Source: Chiloscyllium plagiosum (Eukaryota). From it: a DNA stretch of 20,000 nt. Below the pieces are notes generated by a model. The model was not told where the DNA came from, did no database searches, and saw nothing but the letters and a program-made list of their open reading frames with translations. The stretch spans positions 33,485,866-33,505,865 of the forward strand of contig NC_057719.1 in NCBI RefSeq assembly GCF_004010195.1. The letters are read 5' to 3'. Shown here in pieces: positions 10,202 through 18,751 of the stretch. The translations under genes were made by a program, and so were the position numbers. Position 1 is the first letter of the stretch, and each line of letters opens with the position of its first letter.

Positions 10202-10236
10202 CACTAGCTTTCGGAGCGACGCTCCTTCATCAGGTG
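10202..10236 (-). ncRNA. Minimal type-I hammerhead ribozyme motif
   Basis: Minus strand: CAC-CUGAUGA-A-GGAGC(GUC)GCUCC-GAAA-GCUA-GUG. Stem I CAC/GUG, 5-bp stem II, palindromic AGCU in place of stem III, predicted cleavage after CUA. Confidence 0.7.
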
Positions 10237-10580
10237 GTTGTGGAGGACACAATTGTAAGGCACAGAATTTATAGCAAAAGTTTACAGTGTGATGTAACAT
10301 TAAAAAATACCTTGATTGTCTGTGGAGTCTTTCATCTGTTCAAATACCATGATAGTTTCTCTTCTTTCATGTGTAAAGCACAAAACTGTTTTTTAAAAGT
10401 TGCATTCTCAGGTTAACTGTAACAATTGGCATTAGCTAGACAATATGCTAAAGGTGTTAGCCCCATGATGTTTAGATCGATTCTAATCTAAAAAGTGAGA
10501 TAACAGAGTTTTACATGAATTCATGCAATTTTTGAGCAAAATACAATGTAACTCTGCAAGTACAAATTCATCCCACAAAC

Positions 10581-10633
10581 GTATGTGTGTGTGTGTGTGT
10601 GCACGCGTGTGTGGGTCTGTGTGTGTGTGTGTG
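10581..10633. repeat. Interrupted (TG)n microsatellite
   Basis: gtatgtgtgtgtgtgtgtgtgcacgcgtgtgtgggtctgtgtgtgtgtgtgtg, followed by a G run. Confidence 0.9.
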
Positions 10634-10794
10634 TTGGGGGGGGTTAATGAGCTCATGGATGGTCATAGTGAATGAGACCAGCTTGACATGCCATATCCCA
10701 TTGCCTATATTACTAGCCTCAGATGCTGCTCAATTCAACCTAAATCATTCACATGATTTGCTTCACCTTCACATTTATCACTGCAGCAACTCAC

Positions 10795-10866
10795 ATCAAA
10801 CATTAATAGGGATGTCCAAATCTAATGTGCATGCTGAAATCCATTGCAGGTGTCCGGTGATGATAT
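10795..10866 (-). other. Candidate 72-nt antisense exon with stops in all three frames
   Basis: Minus-strand acceptor tttactctttctctcag and donor GAT|gtgagt, both near consensus. Confidence 0.3.
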
Positions 10867-11171
10867 CTGAGAGAAAGAGTAAACTGTTGTTGGCTTCAAT
10901 CAAAGAGTTCCTGTGGCAGCTGACTGCCTCAGGCTTGAAATCACTGTCAGCAGAGTGATAAGACACAAAAAAAAGAGTCAACACTCATTTGATTTTGAAA
11001 GGTTCTGTCTTGTCTCAGCTCTTTTTGGTCAGCTTGTTTTCTGGCTTGCAAAATCCTAACACTAAATTCAGAGTCTCCAAAACTAAATTGGTTGAAAAGC
11101 CACATTTGCTTTGATTTATCTATCTGGAGTTCCTTTTCTGTTCTCAGTATCCCATCTAAGTCCAGCCAATT

Positions 11172-12216
11172 AGGGTATATAGTTAGTAAGTTTGCACATG
11201 ACTCTAAAATTGGTGGTACAGTGGTCAGTGAAGAAGGTTATCTAAGATTACAAAGGAATCTTAATCAATTGGGCCTAGAGACTGATGAGAGGTAGATGGA
11301 GTTTAATTTGAATAAATGTGAGGTATTACATTTTAGTAAGATGAACAAGGGCAAGACTTTTACAATTAACACCTGTTGGACTATAACCTGTTGATATGTG
11401 ATTTTTTAAATTTTATACACCCCAGTCCAACACCAGCATCTCCACAGCATGTATACAATTAATGGTATGACTCTGCCGATTTTTGCCACATAGACTCCTA
11501 GGGGTTCAGGTACATAGTTCTTTGAAAGTTGTGTCACAAGTAGACAGGGTGGTAAAGAATGTACTTGGCATGCTTGCCTTCATTGCTCAGACCATCGAGT
11601 ATAAGAGTTGGGATGCCATGCTGCGGTTGTACAGGACGTTTGTGAGGCCACCTTTCTGCACACTGCTGTGTACAGTTCTGATTGCCCTGCTATAAGAGGG
11701 ATATTATTAAATTGGAGAGGATGCAGGAAAGATTTATAAGGATGTTACTGAGACTGGAGGGTTTAAGTTATAGGGAGAGGCTGAATAGGCCAGGACTTTG
11801 TTCACTGGAGCATAGAAGGTTGAGGGGTGAACTTATGGAGGTTTATGAAATCATACAGGGCATAGACAGGCCATTAGCAAAGGTCATTTCCCTAGGGTAG
11901 GGGAATTCAAAACAGAGGGCATATTTTTATTTGGATAAATGTGAGATATTACATTTTGTAAGGAGAAAGATTTAAGAGAGATGTGTGGGCAATTTTTTTC
12001 AGAGGGTGGTTTATATGTGGATTGAATTGCTAAAGAAAGTGGTAGATGAAGATACAATTACAACACTTAAAAACAATTGAACAGGTTTATGAATAGGAAA
12101 GGTTTAGAGGGATACAAGCCAAACACAGGCAAGTGGAACCAGTTTAATTTGGGAAAACTTGGTCAGCATGGATGAGTTGGACTGAAGGGTCTGTTTCTGT
12201 GCTATATGACTCTATT
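11172..12216 (+). mobile_element. CR1 3' fragment (RT C-terminal part to 3'UTR)
   Basis: IVSKFAHDSKIGGTVVSEEGYLRLQRNL (degenerate KFADDTK), GVQVHSSLKVVSQVDRVVK, YKRDIIKLERMQERFIRML; tail CTATATGACTCTAT. Confidence 0.92.
11370..11453 (+). mobile_element. 5'-truncated Penelope-like family A terminus nested in CR1, with 9-bp TSD
   Basis: ACCTGTTGGACTATAACCTG...TACACCCCAGTCCAACACCAGCATCTCCA is the reverse complement of ~10113-10191. TACAATTAA occurs at 11361-11369 and 11454-11462. Confidence 0.85.
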
Positions 12217-12790
12217 AGGGGCTCTCAAGAATGCAAGTGTGCGCATCTAGAGTTTCGCATAATAAAGTTTTGCAGTTGACCAGAAGAGAACACAAAGATG
12301 CCAGTGCTGAGTCACTATGGCCACCCCAAACCAGAGTGCTGCCCTACAGGGTTGATCTCCATCAGAATAGAAAAAGATTGAAGTCTTGGTTCTAAGTTGA
12401 TTGGGCAATTGATGTTGCATAATGTGTTATTATGGACCTGCCAAACTCAAACATCAGATTACAATTTACCAATTTAGTTCCAGTCTGCCATTATCAAACT
12501 TGCCAATTCAAAGATAAGTCAACTGCAAAGAGTAATGCTTCCATTCAAAATGAGAAAGCTATTAGAATTATGTTGATGATCTGTTATAAATTTCAAACCT
12601 AATGTCATCAATGCTCCCAATTGCATAGCATGAAGACAGAGAACAGAAGGAGCAGATATTTTTCTCTGGTCTAACAATTTGATTTGTTTTCAACCACCAA
12701 ACATGGCCCCAATTGCATTGGAGTAACATTTTTCTAGGCTTCGTCATGTTGCAAATTAAAATTGATTGTAGGGCAGTTCGACCCCATCTC

Positions 12791-13100
12791 AGAATCTTTA
12801 CAACACAGAAGGAAGCCATTCAGCCTATTACATTCTCCAGGCGCTCCAAATGAGTTTTTCTCCTGTATTGTCCCATAATTCTGTGCATTCTTCCTTTATA
12901 AGTAACAACAAAACTTCCTTTTGAGTGACTCAGTTAAACCTGCCTACATCACATTCTCATGAAGATTATTCCAGATCCTAAACACTCACTGCATGAAAAG
13001 GCTTTTCCTCACATCACTTTTGTTTTCAATCTGTGTCCTTGCAGTTGTTCTTTTCTCAAGTGGAAATCTTTTGCTTATGTACTCTGTCTGGACCTCACTG
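12791..13100 (-). mobile_element. Old CR1 3' fragment, antisense
   Basis: ACAACACAGAAGGAAGCCATTCAGCC...AAACCTGCCTACATCACATTCTC...ATTCCAGATCCTAAACACTCACTGCATGAAAAGG is the reverse complement of a CR1 C-terminus/3'UTR. Confidence 0.7.
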
Positions 13101-13804
13101 GATTCACTAAACTTGGTTTAGAGCCCTTACAGCAATCAAAGAGGGATGAATTGCAGCACATTAAACTTATTTGTATTAAGAGTAGGGTTCACAGAAATTT
13201 AGTAAAAATGTGTACTATTCATTTCTGTCTTTTATTGCCATTTAGGTTCAAGGTTCCTGTGAATATTTCTTGCTCCAAAAACTGCAAGGAACTCTCTAAC
13301 AAATTACTTCAAATGTTCGATCAGATTTTTCAATGTCACTTCCTCCTCATTACATGACACGTTAGTGGAAGTTCTAATAAGACGACACTTTGAGACACAA
13401 AGCAAGAACACTCCAATTAGAAAACATTAGTCCTGTTTGTTATATATTGCTACATGTCTTAGACATTTGCATTATGTATGACTCTTTAGTTTCATTTCAC
13501 ATTGAAGACCATAGAATTAAAAAGAGTCTATCCAAGCTCTTTTCCAGCAATTCTTCATCATAAATTAATTATCAAAGCTCTTTTTCATGAAGCCTAAAGA
13601 CTAATTTATTTAGAATTTTGTTTATTAGTTACAAGAGAACCTCTAAAAGAGCTTGTATTTCTAAGATAGTTTTCACACAAAAGAATTTTATTGTTTTTTG
13701 AAGATTGGCCATAGGAGTCATGTTGTTGGCAATCACAGAACCACTCAAGCAAGATTCAACACCTTCAGCAGGGGAGAGGAAATGATCGCCCTCCCATCAG
13801 GACA

Positions 13805-13930
13805 AATATAACATACTGCAGAAATCTGATATAAAACCAAAGTACTGGAAAAACTCAGCAGGTCTGCCAGCATCTGCGAAGAAAGAAACAAGGTTAATAT
13901 TTCAAGTGCGATCGGAATGTTCTTTAGAAT
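13805..13930 (-). mobile_element. Penelope-like terminus, family B, degenerate
   Basis: CTGGAAAAACTCAGCAGGTCTGCCAGCATCTGCGAAG...GGTTAATATTTCAAG is homologous to 8696-8756. Minus-strand core reads CTAAAGA...GAAATATTAAC. Confidence 0.75.
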
Positions 13931-15248
13931 TTCAGAATCTCCAAGATAAAAAAAGTCTGAGCACTGGATGTTTTTCAGAGAAATGCTTCAATCAGCACAG
14001 CCATCATATGCAAGTACTTAACATGAAAGAAATTGTAAAATGCCAAACAGCACAAAAATATCAGATGATCAAACATTGGCTGTTTACCAGTTCAGTCAGA
14101 AATTATCAGCTTTCAGCTGAATTTTGTCAAGTCACACTGTTTCTCTGATTGTAAATTTCGGTCATGTTTTGCAAAGGGCACTTGACACGTAATTATCTGT
14201 AAGCCTTAGCTGCTACTTGCTTCTGTCCAAGAATAAATCACTAATAAGGGACACATTTCAAAGAGATCACAAAATACAAAGACAAAAGACACATTTTAAA
14301 AAGTAAATGTTCATCTCAATGAGAAAGGCCACAATATATTTAAGCAAATGATCAATTCTAAAATGAGATGCCTGGTCATCCTGTTTTTGGTGGGAAGGGG
14401 GGCGGGGGGGGGGGTGTTGGTGGTGTGGAATATATTAAGATTTGGCTTATATTTCTGAAATCACTCATCACTGAACTAATCATTACTGCCTCAGATATCG
14501 CGATTGTTCTCTCAAACTTTGATTCATTTGCATGTAATGATTTGGATCACAAAAAATCATTTTTGTGCAATCATTTATATAACCAAGTCACACATCACCA
14601 CTCAAGTTTATTAGAGTAATCAACTCAAGACTGTTCCCTTATTGTTATTAGATTTGATTCACATTAAAATTCGTGGAATGATTATATACATTTATTTTCA
14701 AATTCCAAGGCTCAATAAATCTGATCTAAATCAAAGACCCAGGAATGCAATCATGCTGCAACCTGTCATATTTTGAGAGAACTTTACAAGATAAAATGCT
14801 TAGTATAGAATTCCTTCAACTTCTCAAACTCCAGCAAACACTAAAAGTTACCCTGAGTATTAAATTCTCCAAAATAAATTTCAACAGCAGCCTAAAGTAG
14901 TCAAGGCTATATTCATAACAGCTTACTTCATCCTTTGAAGATAACAGCCCACGCAGTGCCTTTTCTTTGACTCTGCTTTTAATGTACATTCAGCAATTCT
15001 TCACTTCAGTATCTGGATGGTAATTGATGTTGGCAATGACACAATTCAATTCCAGGTATTATAAAGTTCAGTGACATTTAAAGTCATACATTATGTGAAC
15101 ACTAATGAACTCTACACAATTTAAAAAGTGACAACTTACACGTTTATAGACAGTTTAATGTAACAAAACACCCTACAACACTTCAGGCAGTTAATAGTGC
15201 TGGGAGAAATCTTAGAGAAGGCAATATCAAAGAGATAAATTTTAGGGC

Positions 15249-15363
15249 AAAATAACCAAAGTACTGCAGGTGATAGAAGCCTGAAATAAGGGAATATTAG
15301 AAAAGTATCCTTCTGCCAACTCTACCTGACTTGTTAACCATTTTAGATGTTTTTGTTTCCATT
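15249..15363. mobile_element. Highly degenerate PLE family B-like fold-back remnant
   Basis: AACCAAAGTACTGCAGGTGATAGAAGCCTGAAATAA on the left and CTACCTGACTTGTTAACCATTTTAGATGTTTTTGTTT on the right resemble the two orientations of the 8681-8907 arms. Confidence 0.4.
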
Positions 15364-15432
15364 GAAAATTTAAAGGTGGTTTTCAAAGCAGGGAAGAGGC
15401 GATATGGTGGAGGCATTCAGACAAGAGTATCT

Positions 15433-15956
15433 GAACATAAGAACTTGGAGCAGGGGTAGGCATTTCAGCCCCTCACGCCTACTCTGCCATTTAATACGAT
15501 CATGGCTGATCTCATCTTGCCCTCATCTCCACTTCCCTACTCATTCTTCATAACCATTCAACTAATTATTAATGAAAAATCTGTCCATCTCCTCCTTATG
15601 TTTACTCCATGCCCCAGCATTCATCATACTCTGGGTTAGTGAATTCTATAAATTCACAGTCCTTTGAGAGATGTGATTCCTCCTCATCTCGGTTTTACAT
15701 TTTCCAATGCTTATTCTAAAACTATGATCTCTCATTCTAGATTGCCCAATGAGGAAACACCCTTTCTATGTCTAATTTGTCAATCCCCTAGCATCTTATA
15801 CACTTTGATTAGATCTCCTCTCATTCGTCTGAGCTGGAGAGTATAGATCTAAACTGCTCAAGCTCTCTTCATTAAAAAAAGGCCCACATCTCTGGAATCA
15901 ATCTATTGAACCTCCTCTGAACTACCCCCAATATAAGTACCTACCTCTTCAAATAA
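15433..15956 (-). mobile_element. CR1 3' fragment, antisense (AACATAAG-tail subfamily)
   Basis: GAACATAAGAACTTGGAGCAGGGGTAGGC...CTGCCATTTAATACGATCATGGCTGATCT...AGATCTCCTCTCATTCGTCT...GGAATCAATCTATTGAACCTCCTCTGAAC. Confidence 0.85.
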
Positions 15957-16811
15957 TTTTTTTTAATGTGTGTAATTCCAAATGAGAATTTCACAGCTGA
16001 AGCTAGAAAGGATATTGAGGGAGAGAGCAAATTGAGGTTTCAGACAATCCAGAGCAGGAGAAGAGACATTAAAAGGCCATGGAGGGACTTACAGATGAAG
16101 ACAAAAACTTTATGGCCAATTCAATATACTGCCACTGAGATCTAACATAGGACAGGAGTGATAGAAGAGTGAAATTTTGCATTTGAGCAAGTTATCCCAA
16201 ATATCTATTTTTAAATTGACTCATTTTTAGATAGGAATACATTTAAAGTACACCAATGTCCCTTTTTAAATGCATTAATTACTTTTCTGTGCAGAGAGCA
16301 TAAAATAACTCATTAACCAGAAGGTACAAGATGGCCCAAAATTGATGAAAGGAAATAAAATTTGTATTATCTTAATGTTACTACTCAATTTCATCTAATT
16401 GTGATCATGGGACAATATAGGGAAAATAAATTGAACATGACCAAGTTAAGCAGATTTTCATATCCTGATATAATGGCTAAGGACAGTGTGTATGAACACT
16501 TAGCCATCAGATTTCAGTGTCAAGCCTAAATAATGCAACAAAATTATGATAAGGCATACATAGAAACAATTTGTCATCAATGAATTAATTTTATTTTTAA
16601 AATCACACTCCATGCTGTCTAAATGCTCCTCCCAGTGAGAAGGTGATAGAAATGACAGTTAAGCAAGTCCAATTCCATTGCCATGCACTGCCATTTTAAC
16701 TGCAAGGTTTTTAGCATTACAGCAACCTTGCACTGTCGAGCTGGGACTTCATTCCTCGACAACAGTTGGAGTTCAGTGACTTCATTCAGGCTCTGATGTG
16801 TTTTTAAGAGA

Positions 16812-17095
16812 ATGGCACAGTGGTTAGCACAGTGGTCTGCTACAGTGCCAGAGACCCGGGTTCAAATCCCACCTCGGGCAATTGTCTGTGTGGAGTTTGC
16901 ACCTTCTCCCAGTGTCTGTGTGGGTTTGCTCCGGTTTCCTCCCACAGTCCAAAGATGTGCAGGTCAGGTGAATTGGCCATGCTAAATTGCCTGTAGTGCT
17001 AGGTGTAGGGGATGGGTCTAGGTGGGTTGCTCTTCGGAGGGTCAGTGTGGACTTGTTGGGCCAAAGGGCCTGTTTCCACACTAAGTAATCTAAAA
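16812..17095 (+). mobile_element. HE1-like tRNA-derived SINE (small internal deletions)
   Basis: TGGCACAGTGGTTAGCAC...GGTTCAAATCCC...AAGGGCCTGTTTCCACACTAAGTAATCTAA; homologous to 17807-18125. Confidence 0.9.
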
Positions 17096-17806
17096 AACTT
17101 TAGATTGTACCAATCACTGTTTCATCTGCCAGTGAAATTATACATGAGGAAGAGTCGACAGCTGAGTACTAATTTTATTATTTTTAAATGTATGTTGATG
17201 GCAAAGAAGACATTTAGTGTCTTTTGGCAATAAAAGGAAACATTGGGTCTTCACAGCTCCTCCCTCTTCTAACTGTGATTGATTGCCTTCTAACCACTAA
17301 CTCTCATACTTGTGTTGGTGCTGGGGGTTATTCCTTCAGGTCCCTGCTGGTGGCCTCCTACCACGTGAAATCATGTGGTCACTCTGATCACTCACCCAGC
17401 AATTCTCACCAGGAACCCATACTGCAATGTTTTAATGATGTCCTCTGTTAAAATGACCTGAGCATCACAAAGTTGCCATCCAAGGCAATATTCATTCAGC
17501 TCAGCTTTTACCTACTGCACTAAAATCAGGCTCTCATTTTGGAATCTCTGTTTAACAATTGATTATTTATCACATGATTTATCTTTAATTTAATTTTGTT
17601 CAATTTTGCACAAAAGGACACTACTGCAAAAATGCTATGTATCCTGCAATCCACAGTGGTGCATTCATGTTGTGAAGTGAGGCTCATCTCTGTCTATTTT
17701 ATCAACATGGCATGCTCTTCCACTTAGGGAGGAGTGCCTAACCAAGAGAACTGGTATCCATTCAGTGAAGCTGAACAAAAATATTGCTTCTCCCAAAATA
17801 ATTTGT

Positions 17807-18125
17807 GGGTGGCACGGTGGCACAGTGGTTAGCACTCCTGCCTCACAGCACCAGAGACACAGGTTCAATTCCTACCTCAGGCGACTCTCTGTGTGGAGTT
17901 TGCACATTCTCCCCGTGTCTGCGTGGGTTTCCTCCGGGTGCTCCGGTTTACTCCCACAGTCCAAAGATGTGCAGGTTAGGTGAGTTGGCCATGCTAAATT
18001 GCCCATAGTGTTAGGTGAAGGGGTAAATGTAGGGGAATGGGTCTGGGTGGGTTGCTCTTCAGAGGGTCGGTGTGGACTTGTTGGGCTGAAGGGCCTGTTT
18101 CCACACTAAGTAATCTAATCTAATC
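17807..18125 (+). mobile_element. HE1-like tRNA-derived SINE, full length
   Basis: A-box TGGCACAGTGG, B-box GGTTCAATTCC, central GTGTGGAGTTTGCACATTCTCCCCGTGTCTGCGTGGGTTTCCTCCGGGTGCTCCGG domain, (TAATC)3 tail. Confidence 0.93.
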
Positions 18126-18133
18126 ATATAAAC

Positions 18134-18624
18134 TGGAACCAACGGCATAGGAAGGGAAAAGGTTAAGATTCTGAAGGGAGATTACAGAGAGTTAGGCAGG
18201 AATTAAAAAAGGTGATCCTCAAGAATAGTAATATCTGGATTACTCCCAGTGCTACGAGCTAGTGAGGGTAGGAATAGGAGGATAGATCAGATGAATACAT
18301 GGCTAAGGAGCTGGTGTATGGAATAAGGATTCACATTTTTGGATCATTGGAATCTCTTTTGTGAAGTGACCTGTACAAGAAGAATGGATTGCATCTAAGT
18401 TGGAAGTGGACTAATATACTGGCAGGGAAATTTTCCAGCAATAAAGTTTCAACTTTGATCTCCAGCATCTGCAGACCTCACTTTCTCCTCTTCACATTTT
18501 TGGATCATTGGAATCTCTTTTGTGAAATGACCTGTACAAGAAGAATGGATTGCATCTAAGTTGGAAGTGGACTAATATACTGGCAGGGAAATTTGCTAGA
18601 ACTGCTCAGGAGGATTTAAACTAG
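18134..18624 (+). pseudogene. CR1 ORF1 SGNH/GDSL-esterase domain remnant
   Basis: GTNGIGR (GxND block with D changed to G), ISGLLPVLRASEGRNRRIDQMNTWLRSWC, FTFLDHW, LYKKNGLHLSWKWTNILAGKF (DxxH block with D changed to N), ending EDLN* at 18622-18624. Disrupted by stops and a duplication. Confidence 0.82.
18434..18490 (+). mobile_element. 57-bp PLE-like 3' tail between 104-bp direct repeats
   Basis: TCCAGCAATAAAGTTTCAACTTTGATCTCCAGCATCTGCAGACCTCACTTTCTCCTC shares TGAT(C/T)TCCAGCATCTGC with 8876-8892. Confidence 0.7.
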
Positions 18625-18751
18625 TAAGGTGGGGGATGGGGGGGAATCCAGGGAAATTGTGAGGAAAGAGATCAATCTGAGACTGGTACAGTTGAGAACA
18701 GAAGCGAGTCAAACAAACAGTCAGGGCAGGCAGGGACAAGGTAGGACGAAT

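Larger units (their letters stand above)
10112..10650 (-). mobile_element. Penelope-like element 3' region, family A, including terminus and internal (TG)n tract
   Basis: Shares its terminus with 7262-7409 and 11370-11450 and carries a hammerhead core. Assigning 10240-10650 to the element rests on recall of a shark PLE 3' region; the right boundary is approximate. Confidence 0.72.
15131..16175 (-). mobile_element. Ancient L2-like LINE 3' remnant, split by younger insertions
   Basis: ACAACTTACACGTTTATAGACAGTTTAATGTAACAAAACACCC at the start and AGGCCATGGAGGGACTTACAGATGAAGACAAAAACTTTA near 16075-16112 resemble an antisense L2 3' end as I recall it. Highly diverged. Confidence 0.4.

Noticed and set aside
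12959..13357. 132-aa ORF
   Set aside because: Begins in an antisense CR1 remnant, has no recognisable domain and no convincing splice context.
13645..13775. Possible AmnSINE/DeuSINE remnant
   Set aside because: Only scattered short similarities from memory; cannot be supported without an alignment.
14389..14428. G-rich tract, possible G-quadruplex, and the poly-Gly ORF 14368-14619
   Set aside because: Simple poly-G low-complexity run with no supporting context.
17340..17356. CTCF-like motif (GCCACCAGCAGGGAC on the minus strand)
   Set aside because: The 3' half departs from the consensus GGGGGCGC; too weak to call.
17807..17880. tRNA gene
   Set aside because: The A/B boxes belong to a SINE head followed by SINE body and tail; no complete cloverleaf is evident.
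18330..18594. CRISPR-like repeat-spacer-repeat or LTR pair
   Set aside because: Eukaryotic context, only two units, the repeats are CR1 ORF1 sequence, and there are no TG...CA ends or primer-binding site.
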